Positions 21,736 to 31,196 of a stretch of 55,719 nt of DNA are shown one piece after another. The position numbers were made by a program, and so were the translations under genes. Below the pieces are notes generated by a model that was not told where the DNA came from, did no database searches, and saw only the letters and a list, made by a program, of their open reading frames with translations. Origin of the DNA: a virus (Duplodnaviria; Caudoviricetes); IMG/VR virus record IMGVR_UViG_3300033141_003115, positions 1-55,719 of that record. One strand, 5' to 3'. Each line of letters starts with the position of its first letter. Within the stretch, counting starts at the first letter, position 1.

Positions 21736-22119
21736 TTACTCCACTGGTTCTTCTTCCTCTTCTTTCGCAGCTGCAGCAAAACCGTACATCTTCTTGATCT
21801 TGGTCAACAATTGAGTAATAACTTTATTTGGCAACTTATCTATATTCTCAGCAGTAATATCAGCTTCATCGCTCCATGCAACAATAACTTTCAACAAAAG
21901 CTCTTTATCCAGATCAAAAACTTCATCTTTCAATTTTACATTACCTTTTGAATCATAAGATGTAAATCTGTTTACTTTCTTCATATAAATTCTGTACTCA
22001 TGATAGGGTAGATGCGCTTTTACTTCAATCCACTCAGTACCTAAGTCTGGGTCTTCAACAACCTCTAACTCTGAAGTGATGTAGAACCTCTTAGTTTCAT
22101 CAGTCAACAACAAACCCAT
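21736..22119 (-). CDS. Tail assembly chaperone (gpG-like)
   Basis: 127-aa acidic protein directly after the tail tube gene. Contains IVAWS...ITAENIDKLP, a motif typical of tail assembly chaperones. Confidence 0.7.
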   Translation of the reverse strand: MGLLLTDETKRFYITSELEVVEDPDLGTEWIEVKAHLPYHEYRIYMKKVNRFTSYDSKGNVKLKDEVFDLDKELLLKVIVAWSDEADITAENIDKLPNKVITQLLTKIKKMYGFAAAAKEEEEEPVE

Positions 22120-22152
22120 ACAAACACCCCCACTAAAGAGATTTATTAACTA

Positions 22153-23412
22153 TCACACAGACAACTCTGGATGATAAGCAATTGCCTTACTCACATCAGC
22201 ATCTGCAACTATGCCTTTTGTTTCATCTGCTGTACCACCAATGTGAAGCAGATAACCTGCATTGGACAGATCAACAACAATCGGTTGCTGATCAGTTCCA
22301 CTTCTGGATGGGTCAAGAGCTGCTTGGAAATCAAGTCTGTGTACAATATTACCTCTATCATTAACATCATGCGAAATTGCAGTGATGTACAAGTTCTGAA
22401 GTTTAATAGTAATAGACGCTTTTCCATATACAACTACATCTGTGCTTACTTCACTAATCACAAGCGTGTTCGTCTCATAATCAGTAGATGTAATAGTATA
22501 TTCGGTAGATTCATCAGAAGCATCAACAACTTTATATACAGTTTCTGCATCCAATGTAGATAGAGTTATATTTCCACTGGCGTCAGAGGTCAAGGCTTCA
22601 CTTCTATCAATATCGGAATATGTAATCCATATGTCAGGAATATTATCACCAATATCCTTACCTTGCAAAATACCTGTTACCACTGTGTCAGTCTCATCTG
22701 GTGTGATTATTTCCAATGTTCCAGTCAAACCAAATTCACCAGGAACCACAGCAAAACGTCCCGATGCATCGAGTTTATAGTTATCCGCAGCAACGTTGTT
22801 GTTTATAGTAAATTCAACAGTAGTTGCATAATTCAATAGATCAACATCAGACGCTGCTTTCCATATAAGCCCTGTCAACTTGCTTGGAAACAGAACCACG
22901 TTCTTATTAATTTCAGTAGATGTCGCTGGAGTAGAAGATAGCTCAGCCCAACTCATACCAACCCAGTCAACGGTGGCAGCCAAAGGCGCTCCACCATTAA
23001 CGGAGAACCTGAAACTATTAGCATAACTATTCTGGAATTTGTAAATATATTTTCCACCACCGCCAGCACCGTGTTGAACTACTATATCATATACAGGAAT
23101 TGTAGAATTGTTCGGCAAAATCAATCTAACATTTGGCGTATCCCCAGATGCAGCGGTAAAACTAATATCACCCAAAGCTGCATACAAAAACACTGGTAGA
23201 TTTTCAAACCTGAATTCCACATCCGTAGAACCATCTGCTGTCGGGTTTCCTTTATCACCTATACCACGAACCCTGTCACCAAGAATTGCATTAGACGAAA
23301 TAAATGTACCACCTGGATTAAAACTTTCGCTGATGAACGGAAACGTTATATAAGTATCACCACTTGCTTTAGAAATTAGTATCTTAGAAGCGCCACCACT
23401 CAGAAATCCCAT
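22153..23412 (-). CDS. Major tail tube protein
   Basis: 419 aa, beta-rich, strong SD AAGGAGGG. Motifs PFISESF, VEFTINNNV, LTGTLEI fit the phage tube family. Located between neck genes and chaperones. Confidence 0.8.
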   Translation of the reverse strand: MGFLSGGASKILISKASGDTYITFPFISESFNPGGTFISSNAILGDRVRGIGDKGNPTADGSTDVEFRFENLPVFLYAALGDISFTAASGDTPNVRLILPNNSTIPVYDIVVQHGAGGGGKYIYKFQNSYANSFRFSVNGGAPLAATVDWVGMSWAELSSTPATSTEINKNVVLFPSKLTGLIWKAASDVDLLNYATTVEFTINNNVAADNYKLDASGRFAVVPGEFGLTGTLEIITPDETDTVVTGILQGKDIGDNIPDIWITYSDIDRSEALTSDASGNITLSTLDAETVYKVVDASDESTEYTITSTDYETNTLVISEVSTDVVVYGKASITIKLQNLYITAISHDVNDRGNIVHRLDFQAALDPSRSGTDQQPIVVDLSNAGYLLHIGGTADETKGIVADADVSKAIAYHPELSV

Positions 23413-23435
23413 TATTATCCCTCCTTAACTAACAA

Positions 23436-23846
23436 TCAATGTTCGGCGAACTTAAATGCCACCAATACTGTTCCCCATCTTAATAAATTATTTGCCTGTG
23501 TAAAAGACCTGTAATCCCATGTAAGTGTAGATACTATTCCTTCTTCAGTTCCTACTCTTAATGTATACATTCTATCTGTAAACATAGACATAATATCATC
23601 CATTATGTTCCATACTAATATATCATCTTCTGGAACTGTAATAACACGTTCAACTGTAATATTAATACTGTACTCTTCTGAAAAATGAGATAAATGTATT
23701 ACTATGTTTTTATTTGCTGGATATACATAAATTGTAGGCTCCGTTGTACTTTTACCTAAAGGAACTCCTACACGAACATTAGTATATCCAGTAGTATTTT
23801 TAATATCCGTAGTTAAAGCCTGTAATAAATCCACTGTACGAATCAC
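23436..23846 (-). CDS. Tail completion/terminator-like protein
   Basis: Size and position, plus an alpha-beta pattern like tail terminators. Confidence 0.5.
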   Translation of the reverse strand: MIRTVDLLQALTTDIKNTTGYTNVRVGVPLGKSTTEPTIYVYPANKNIVIHLSHFSEEYSINITVERVITVPEDDILVWNIMDDIMSMFTDRMYTLRVGTEEGIVSTLTWDYRSFTQANNLLRWGTVLVAFKFAEH

Positions 23847-24238
23847 TCTATCACCCTTCCAGTGAATGTAATAACATACCTAATCTTTTTAACTCCAGCT
23901 ATTTCTTCTGTAAAATAAGCCGAAGATAATGCTTGTACATACAAATTTGTAGCCGTAGTTAATAATAAAGATTGCCTATGTAATACAGCATAAATTATGC
24001 TTTCTAAATCCATGGCTTCATTTAATGAATCAGATAAAATATTTATATCAAATAAAATATTTGTAGTATCTCCAAGCGCCTGTTCTTGAGCACTTATAAT
24101 TATAAACCAAATATATGTATCATGTACATCATCTATTTCAGGTACATGTGGAAAAATCTTTATAGAATCAGGTAATGCATCGCTTAAAGCTGTATAAACT
24201 GCACTTAGAAATTCTTTCTTTCGCTTCAAATCTCCCAA
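23843..24238 (-). CDS. Tail terminator (DUF3168/gp17-like)
   Basis: Pattern AVYTAL...IFPHVP...YI...FDINILS...EAMDL...I...LH and position after the gp10-like gene. Confidence 0.6.
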   Translation of the reverse strand: MGDLKRKKEFLSAVYTALSDALPDSIKIFPHVPEIDDVHDTYIWFIIISAQEQALGDTTNILFDINILSDSLNEAMDLESIIYAVLHRQSLLLTTATNLYVQALSSAYFTEEIAGVKKIRYVITFTGRVIE

Positions 24239-24738
24239 CCCTCCGCTGGGCCTCTAAATACAAATGTCGGTACTTCCATATGTAACCACTGACCTATGGT
24301 TTCCTTAAACGACTTTCGCATAAATGGTCGAGCATCCATCTTCGATGTACCAAATTCTAAAAATACTGCATACGGTCTGGGAGCTATCATCTTGCCTATA
24401 ATTCTATGTTCTAATGGACGAAATTCTATGGTATAATAAATAACATCCTTTAAGTGCGGCTCATGCTGTCGACTTGGCGGTCTATATTTCGATACAGGCG
24501 CAATTTCTTTGATCCTTTTATGCCACTTCTCCATTTCCTCTTGAAATCTTGAAGTGATTTGTGCAACCGTAGCCTCACCTAACATTTCTGCACAAGCAGC
24601 TACATGAGTAGCATCTAATTTAACAATAGAACCAACCTGTGTTAAGTCAAAAGGTTGTGCATTCAAAGAATCAAATTTAACATATCCAGTTCTTGGTGTT
24701 TTCATTATAAAATTTAATTTGTACTTGTACTTATGCAT
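24226..24738 (-). CDS. HK97 gp10-like neck protein
   Basis: Signature APV...HL...YAVFLEFGTSKMDARPFMR. Confidence 0.85.
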   Translation of the reverse strand: MHKYKYKLNFIMKTPRTGYVKFDSLNAQPFDLTQVGSIVKLDATHVAACAEMLGEATVAQITSRFQEEMEKWHKRIKEIAPVSKYRPPSRQHEPHLKDVIYYTIEFRPLEHRIIGKMIAPRPYAVFLEFGTSKMDARPFMRKSFKETIGQWLHMEVPTFVFRGPAEGWEI

Positions 24739-24744
24739 CTAACC

Positions 24745-25113
24745 TCACTCTTTGCCTAAAGTTAATCTCAACCAATTATAGCCTAAAGGTGTAACTGATA
24801 AAACCTTATATGCTTCTCCATTTATTTGAACTCTATAACCTGGCTCTATCGTAAATGGAGCACCTAAATTATCAGGCCCTATAACTGATGCTTCTAAAAA
24901 TTCTTCAACATAAGCACCTGCTGAACTTGATCGAGGAGATGTAATACGTCGAATTCTATATACAATAGGCACATCTTGATATAATAAATTATATGTAAAA
25001 GTAGATTCACCTAACTCATTCGTAACTTCAAGAGGTTGATAAACATCACAACGCCCACCATACTTTTTCATTACTCTGCGCATGGTTGCTGTGATTCGTT
25101 TTTGCATTACCAT
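24745..25113 (-). CDS. Head closure/stopper protein
   Basis: 122 aa, motifs NELGE and IEPGYRVQINGEAYKVLSV, located after the adaptor gene. Confidence 0.7.
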   Translation of the reverse strand: MVMQKRITATMRRVMKKYGGRCDVYQPLEVTNELGESTFTYNLLYQDVPIVYRIRRITSPRSSSAGAYVEEFLEASVIGPDNLGAPFTIEPGYRVQINGEAYKVLSVTPLGYNWLRLTLGKE

Positions 25114-25763
25114 TCACCTTCATTAATATCTAAAATATTTCTCGATGAAGTAAGTTTATAATCAGCTTTCATCAAATCAGAACTAACAGCTCCAGCATTA
25201 GACTGAACTAACCTCATATATTTCTGCAAATATGTAGATTTTCCTGACATGTTCACTCTTGTATCAAATTCAACACGGAAAATTCCATCAGAAATCATAG
25301 ATAAGAACTCGTTTCCATAAAGTTCCTTTTCACCTACAAAATGACATGCTAACCACAAAACCGCTAATTTATGCTTTTCTGGAATTGTTGTGCTTGTATC
25401 ATCTAATACGTGATTCGTATCATATTCAACATATACAGTATCATATTCCAAAGGCTTAAAAAATGATAATATGCCAATAACTGTATTGAATTCATAATCC
25501 CAGGGATTTAAGAATTTTTTGTATCCATCCTGCTCAGTATATACCTTAACATAAGATGAATATATAGGATTCGATAAAGTCAATACCGTCTGCCCCAATA
25601 CATTAGTAAACGTTTCTGTTACTCTATATGGTACATCAGACGAGTATACAGAAACAGCTAAATCTAATATATCATAAATATCCGTATCCATCCAATCATT
25701 TACATCAAGATCAAGTTCATCTCGAATTGCATTTATAAAATCTTGTCGAGTATTCAAATCCAT
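25107..25763 (-). CDS. Head-tail adaptor with an inserted beta-module
   Basis: Helical N-terminus (FINAIRDEL) and IPEKHKLAVLWLAC motif of gp6/gp15-like adaptors, with a beta-rich insert between them. Confidence 0.65.
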   Translation of the reverse strand: MDLNTRQDFINAIRDELDLDVNDWMDTDIYDILDLAVSVYSSDVPYRVTETFTNVLGQTVLTLSNPIYSSYVKVYTEQDGYKKFLNPWDYEFNTVIGILSFFKPLEYDTVYVEYDTNHVLDDTSTTIPEKHKLAVLWLACHFVGEKELYGNEFLSMISDGIFRVEFDTRVNMSGKSTYLQKYMRLVQSNAGAVSSDLMKADYKLTSSRNILDINEGEW

Positions 25764-25779
25764 TCAAAAACCCCCACAA

Positions 25780-26028
25780 TTAATCTAAAAATACCACCTG
25801 CTTAGGACCTAACCGTACAGGAGTACCATTTATAAACACAATAATAGGACGATCTAATGGATTCCTCAATGCTTTTACTTCTTTTACAGGTTCGTCCGAC
25901 TCTTTCTCAACTTGCGGGGCTTCAGATGTATCCAATACAGCCTCAGATTTCTCAACTTCAGTATCTTTAACCTCTGTTGTAGATACAACTCTCTTCTTCT
26001 TATTCTTACTTCCTTTAGGACGAGGCAT
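25780..26028 (-). CDS. Small protein with N-terminal AT-hook-like motif
   Basis: Start moved to ATG 26028 (SD AGGAGGG). Begins MPRPKGSKNKKKR, followed by an acidic linker. Confidence 0.7.
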   Translation of the reverse strand: MPRPKGSKNKKKRVVSTTEVKDTEVEKSEAVLDTSEAPQVEKESDEPVKEVKALRNPLDRPIIVFINGTPVRLGPKQVVFLD

Positions 26029-26078
26029 TATATCCCTCCTTAATGTTTCAATGGGGTCCATTATAATCAAAGAAGAAG

Positions 26079-26123
26079 GCTCGCACTGCTACCATATCAT
26101 TCGAACATCTTAGCAGTGCGAGC
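26079..26123 (-). terminator. Stem-loop after the major capsid gene (terminator or processing site)
   Basis: Perfect 13-bp stem GCTCGCACTGCTA/TAGCAGTGCGAGC with a 19-nt loop, followed by CTTCTTCTTT on the minus strand. Confidence 0.65.
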
Positions 26124-26134
26124 TATACTATATG

Positions 26135-27349
26135 TCAAGCACGAGAAACAGCTTTGTAAGTAACCTTCATAGGTCCGGTCAAACCCGAACCAATTTTAAC
26201 TGCACCAGTTTCAATATCTACTACCATCTCAGTAGTATCTGGTGAAGGTTCGTCATCAAATCTGGAATCCCAGGTCACAATAGTAGCTGTAACTGGTTCC
26301 GTTGCACTGTCTTCAGCAGAAATAGATGTAGGATCAACAGGATAATTTGAAAGCTGTCCAGCACTATCTGTAATAGCTACAGATTCATTAGTAAACTGTT
26401 TAACAAACAACACCCTTGCCAAGGCCTCTCCTTGAAGAACCTTCATGGCAACTCTTGTACGTACAACATACTGTTTCTTATCATATTGAGGATCATATAC
26501 AGGCCCAACATATTGCATAGGCACATAAACACCGTAAACACCAAAGATTCTCTTCTGACCAACATACATAACTCCTGGAGTCACATTCACAGAACTAAAC
26601 ACTGTCAGGTTTCCAAGTCTACCCAACTCGCCTTGCAGGGACGTGTCTGGAATAGTATTAAACTGAGGCAATCTGGTAACATAGAAAGCCTGATCTATAT
26701 GCATGAGTATAAAATCCGCTCGGAATTTATTCTTAGCTATATTAGCAACTGCACTGGATACAGCCTGCCATAATGTGTCATAATACTCCATAGACGGATG
26801 TGTCGTACTCCAATCAGCTGGAATATCAACTTCCCAATATACATCTCCAGCCGAAGCAGCAGCATTCATAAGTTCAATCAATTTCTTATCAATCTGATCT
26901 GCTATTTCTTTTGCATCATATTCAAACGCCATCTGAAGCACATCTGCATTTATAACATTCTTATCTTCCAAAACTTCAGCAGTAAGCACAGATCTGTAAG
27001 CAAATTTTGTAGCTATAATAGTATCCATGCTGAAGCTAACTTTAGTCGTAGAAATAGCTCCACCTTCACTAACTTCAGCAGTCGTGGATTCTTTAGTAAA
27101 CGCTGCACGGGGCACTTGTACGGTCGGAGTATCCATTGTAACAGGTTCAAACAAGTTCAGTGCAACTGTCTGTGCAAAAGCTACTGGTATAATCTTTTCA
27201 CTAACCGTGGTTTTCATTGCATCAGGAACATCGCTTGTTTGCTGAAGCAAATCCGCCTCCAACAAAACATCAGAAGTATTCTCCAACCCATGAAGTTTCT
27301 GAATGTTCTTCTCTATAAAATTAAGAACTTTCGGATCAACCTTAACCAT
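26135..27349 (-). CDS. Major capsid protein (HK97 fold) with C-terminal extension
   Basis: Motifs EVSEGGAI, KFAYRSVLTAEVLED, IADQIDK and GRLGNLTVFSS. Located after the protease gene. Confidence 0.9.
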   Translation of the reverse strand: MVKVDPKVLNFIEKNIQKLHGLENTSDVLLEADLLQQTSDVPDAMKTTVSEKIIPVAFAQTVALNLFEPVTMDTPTVQVPRAAFTKESTTAEVSEGGAISTTKVSFSMDTIIATKFAYRSVLTAEVLEDKNVINADVLQMAFEYDAKEIADQIDKKLIELMNAAASAGDVYWEVDIPADWSTTHPSMEYYDTLWQAVSSAVANIAKNKFRADFILMHIDQAFYVTRLPQFNTIPDTSLQGELGRLGNLTVFSSVNVTPGVMYVGQKRIFGVYGVYVPMQYVGPVYDPQYDKKQYVVRTRVAMKVLQGEALARVLFVKQFTNESVAITDSAGQLSNYPVDPTSISAEDSATEPVTATIVTWDSRFDDEPSPDTTEMVVDIETGAVKIGSGLTGPMKVTYKAVSRA

Positions 27350-28571
27350 TTGTATCGCCCTCCTTATCGACTACAAATTCATGTTTAGATAGTATGTCTC
27401 TAATTTGTGATCTAATATTACTTTCAGGGTCTGACACATTCTCTCCTACTTTAACAGACCCACCTTTCGGAAGTTTTTCAGATGTAACCTGTTTCTTAAG
27501 TTCCTCAATAATGATCTTAAAACTATCTACTATAGATTCAAGTTCAGATTTATATGCTTCTAATCTTTCCTCTAATGTACCCTCTTCAGGATAAGGAATC
27601 TTCTCAATATCTCTACTAATCTTATCAACAAACGTTTTAGAGGCTTTATACTCTCCAAGACTTTCAAGTATAGCTTTCTTAACATTATCAAAAACAACCT
27701 TTTCTGTAAGTTTGAGCTCTTCTTTCAAAGCCTCAAAAGATTCCTTCAACTTATTTAATTCATCTGTAAGAGCTTTATTTTCCTCTTCCAAATCAGATTT
27801 CTCTTTGCCTAAGAGCTCTAAAGCAGCTCGTAGCTCAGCAAGTTTTTCCTCATATTCCTTTTTTACACTATCTATGGAAACAACTTCCTCAGAGGCTTTC
27901 TCATCAACAGATTCAACAACTTCTTCTTTCTCAGGCATATCTCTCCCCTCCTTGTTAACGCCTTCAACTGCTTTAGTTATGACCTCTCGCACAAATTTAA
28001 CCCATTTTTCATCTGCATCTTCTTGTGACTTCTCTTCATACGAATATACACGTACACTTGCTCCTGGGACAGACGGATTACTCGCAAAATCTATACCTAA
28101 AAGCATACCATCTTTAATCTTCAACGCTTTCTGCTCTTCTGTATCCATCTCTTCATAATCTAAAGGAATGTATCTAATACTTACTCCCTTAACAAAACCT
28201 TCCTTTATAAGCATCTGCACGTCTTTTCCTATACTCGTATTCGCGATCTTTGCTTTGAACCATGCGAGTTGTGTTTCTTCATCATACCAGGCACTTTCAA
28301 GTTTACCTACTGTATATAATATTGAATCTGGTGCAAAATGTGATGTCCACATGGTAATAGGCATATTAGATGAATTTATCTGTTCTACAAATTTCTTTAC
28401 TACTTCCTCAGGATAATAATATCCATTTGCACTTACAATTCCACTTTTCAAAAATACACCAGTAACATACATCGTTTCTTCTGTCTTGTTATCTGCTTCT
28501 GTAATTAAAGATTTATCATTTGATACACTTTCAAAATAATCAACAAAAGTTTCCTTCAAACTGATCACCAC
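27342..28571 (-). CDS. Prohead protease fused to a coiled-coil scaffold
   Basis: SANGYYYP, His in WTSH, Ser in GVSIR and IDFASNPS resemble T4 gp21/HK97-type proteases. The C-terminus is an E/K-rich coiled coil. Confidence 0.85.
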   Translation of the reverse strand: MVISLKETFVDYFESVSNDKSLITEADNKTEETMYVTGVFLKSGIVSANGYYYPEEVVKKFVEQINSSNMPITMWTSHFAPDSILYTVGKLESAWYDEETQLAWFKAKIANTSIGKDVQMLIKEGFVKGVSIRYIPLDYEEMDTEEQKALKIKDGMLLGIDFASNPSVPGASVRVYSYEEKSQEDADEKWVKFVREVITKAVEGVNKEGRDMPEKEEVVESVDEKASEEVVSIDSVKKEYEEKLAELRAALELLGKEKSDLEEENKALTDELNKLKESFEALKEELKLTEKVVFDNVKKAILESLGEYKASKTFVDKISRDIEKIPYPEEGTLEERLEAYKSELESIVDSFKIIIEELKKQVTSEKLPKGGSVKVGENVSDPESNIRSQIRDILSKHEFVVDKEGDTNG

Positions 28572-28572
28572 C

Positions 28573-28839
28573 TTAATCTACTGTGGAATTATCGCCTCCT
28601 AAGCGTCCTGGCATCATGGCTTCGGCCATCGATCTAAATATCAATTCAAGTTTGGCATCTTCAAGTAAGTGCATTACATCACTTAACCTAACATCCTCTT
28701 TCTTACCTGGAACTATATTCATAACAAATGTATGATCTGGATTTCGAATCACATATACTCCAAAATCAAATTCCGCTTGATCTTTCCCCAAAGGCCCATT
28801 ATCTGTACGAACATCTTTCTTCTCATCCTTACTTGCCAT
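28573..28839 (-). CDS. Hypothetical protein
   Basis: SD AGGAGGG and ATG 28839; tightly packed in the head operon. Confidence 0.7.
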   Translation of the reverse strand: MASKDEKKDVRTDNGPLGKDQAEFDFGVYVIRNPDHTFVMNIVPGKKEDVRLSDVMHLLEDAKLELIFRSMAEAMMPGRLGGDNSTVD

Positions 28840-29098
28840 TATATCCCTCCTCTTGAACATCAAATTCTTCGTGTTGCAAAATTGTAGTTAAAATCATATC
28901 AAAAACCTCTGATGTATCTTTTACATAATCATAATAACTATCAATATCCTCGAAGGAGTAAGCATCTATAAGCTCTCCTTCTTTTAACAAATTCAATAAT
29001 TTTATATAATCTTGAAGTATTAATGCAACATTTTCCAAAGCCGACTTACCAACAAAAACCATGTACACATCATCTTTTTCATTATCAATCATTATCAA
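28829..29098 (-). CDS. Hypothetical acidic protein
   Basis: Overlaps both neighbours, consistent with translational coupling. Confidence 0.6.
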   Translation of the reverse strand: MIMIDNEKDDVYMVFVGKSALENVALILQDYIKLLNLLKEGELIDAYSFEDIDSYYDYVKDTSEVFDMILTTILQHEEFDVQEEGYNGK

Positions 29099-29693
29099 GA
29101 AAATCTCCCAAAACTCCTACCATATACTTCGTTAACTCTTCCCACTTTTGTACTGTATTTTTTTCTCGATCATTAAGCAACACATCTAAATCTACCACAG
29201 CTAATGTCTGCTCCACTATGAACTCAAGCAATTCTTCATCAATAGGAAAGCTATTATTAAGCTCCTTCACCAAAGATTTTATAAGAAATTCCAAGGCAAA
29301 TGTACTAAGAACATCCCACTGTTCTCTTTCGTCAGCAGAAAGTATCTCCTCGAACGGAGGAACTTTCATACCAAAATGTTTATAATGCCCAGCAAGATGC
29401 CTATGTACACGTTTCTTTACAGACAGAGGAATAAGAGTTCTTTTCAATCTCTGCATCGCTGCTCTGACTCCACCTTTAACAACAGTTAATTTTCCATTAA
29501 TCATTTTATGATGTGGCAAATGATAATCAGCTTTTCTTTCACTACCCTTTACATATGCTCCACAAGCCTTTCCAAGCAAAGACCATCCACCTTTGTTCAA
29601 AATCGCATTGCCATCTCTAGCCCAATCCCAATTCCATTCAGAATTATCAGAACTGGGAGTATTTACTACTGGGGGTACAACATAATCTGCCAT
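29085..29693 (-). CDS. Head-module protein with basic LPHH...HLxxHY domain
   Basis: SD GGGAGG and ATG 29693. The motif YHLPHH...GGVRAA...HLAGHYKHFG is one I recall from phage head-region proteins. Confidence 0.7.
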   Translation of the reverse strand: MADYVVPPVVNTPSSDNSEWNWDWARDGNAILNKGGWSLLGKACGAYVKGSERKADYHLPHHKMINGKLTVVKGGVRAAMQRLKRTLIPLSVKKRVHRHLAGHYKHFGMKVPPFEEILSADEREQWDVLSTFALEFLIKSLVKELNNSFPIDEELLEFIVEQTLAVVDLDVLLNDREKNTVQKWEELTKYMVGVLGDFLDND

Positions 29694-29714
29694 GCTACAC
29701 GCCTCCCTTAACAA

Positions 29715-31196
29715 TCAAGACATATCAATAGTTTCAGTATTATTATCTGCATCATCATCCGTAGCATCATCTGATCCATACATAGACATTTCCAATTCTC
29801 GTGCATGTACATAAGTATCCCAATCAATACCCATAATTTGAGCAAGTAACGGAGCTGGAAAGTCATTATATTTATTACTCAAGCGAGTTACTATCTTTGA
29901 AGCCTCTTCCAGATTCAACATGCCTGTATTTGGTAACACAATATCAATTTCAATATTATCAATATCCTTATCTTTTAAATATAATTCTGTATAAGCTACT
30001 TGTTTCATTAAAGATTTTACTTGATCCTGTAATAATACTATTAATCCATTTAGAAATTTCATTTGCAAATCTAAAGTAGCTCTATTCACAGATGCTCCAG
30101 AATCTATTACCCCCACAGGTAACCATAACGCAATAGCTAAAAGCTCAGCAAAATGTTTTATATCATTAGTAGAAGTAATTGGAGCATTATCTGATTCTAA
30201 CGTTGTAACTTTCCATACACCATCTGAATACAAATCAACGTTATATCCTCCACGATAACTTGCTTCAACTTTAGACTTATATTCATTAATAATAGCATCC
30301 GTAATCGGTTTTCGTGGCCCTGATGGATTCAAAACAGATAGATCAGGATAATGAAATCGTGTCTGTACAGATCGTGTCTCACGCGCTACCATGCTCAAAC
30401 GTTCCATCTTTCTGGCCGCTAAAAGAATGTCTTGTGACGAAATCAACAATCCCATTCCCACACCACTGGGTGATTCATCTATTTGATAATGAAGCACTTG
30501 ATAAGGATAAAATTCTGTTCCAATTTGAGAACTATAATTCTCTAAATAAACCCAACTACGAATTGTACCTTTGGAATCACAATTAGGAAGAATTCTGAGC
30601 AAATCTAAAGGTATTAATGCTAAAACCTCGTCTGGTTTATATACAATTTCATCAAAAGCATCGCCATACAATAAAGCATCTCGAAATCCTCTATACAATC
30701 TCTGCCAAATCTTTGTGCGATCAAAAACATCAACTACAAGATCAGCTATATCCTTCTCAGCAGATACTGTCTTCCGTATCTCAGTGAGAATTTTCTTGGC
30801 TTTAGTATCAATACCTTCAGATATGCTCTTTAATGTATATGGCGATAACGTTCCATGACTTAATAAATCTTCTACCTCTTCAGCAATACGAGGATACCTT
30901 AATCTAAGTATCGATAAAGCCTCTTCAACTGAAGGCTTATTCTCTATCTTAATCCGAAAAGAGTATTTACCACTCATTAAAGCAAATACAAGTAAATGAA
31001 CCGCTTTTTGAATACGAGGATCATATGCATATCGCTGTAATCGTCTGATAGTGTTTCTGCGACGTTGCCAAGCTGATACTATACTGTTATATAATAAATC
31101 ATCTGTCATAACCGCAGACGGGATGTTTGTGCTTTTTCTATACCGTGAAATCTCACCTTGACTTACAACTGTGGGAATTACTCGCTTTCGTGGCAT
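29715..31196 (-). CDS. Portal protein
   Basis: 493 aa between terminase and protease. Motifs ALLYGDAFDEIV, QVLHY and ALWLPVGVI. Confidence 0.85.
   Translation of the reverse strand: MPRKRVIPTVVSQGEISRYRKSTNIPSAVMTDDLLYNSIVSAWQRRRNTIRRLQRYAYDPRIQKAVHLLVFALMSGKYSFRIKIENKPSVEEALSILRLRYPRIAEEVEDLLSHGTLSPYTLKSISEGIDTKAKKILTEIRKTVSAEKDIADLVVDVFDRTKIWQRLYRGFRDALLYGDAFDEIVYKPDEVLALIPLDLLRILPNCDSKGTIRSWVYLENYSSQIGTEFYPYQVLHYQIDESPSGVGMGLLISSQDILLAARKMERLSMVARETRSVQTRFHYPDLSVLNPSGPRKPITDAIINEYKSKVEASYRGGYNVDLYSDGVWKVTTLESDNAPITSTNDIKHFAELLAIALWLPVGVIDSGASVNRATLDLQMKFLNGLIVLLQDQVKSLMKQVAYTELYLKDKDIDNIEIDIVLPNTGMLNLEEASKIVTRLSNKYNDFPAPLLAQIMGIDWDTYVHARELEMSMYGSDDATDDDADNNTETIDMS

Noticed and set aside
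21700-21800. Programmed -1 frameshift from the chaperone into the pre-tape-measure gene
   Set aside because: The downstream gene is in the -1 frame, but TGA and TAA stops interrupt that frame in the spacer, and no clear slippery heptamer lies near the stop.
26026-28851. Identical 15-mer CATTATATCCCTCCT at 26026 and 28837
   Set aside because: It is explained as SD plus spacer plus ATG (AGGAGGGATATAATG), not a separate element.
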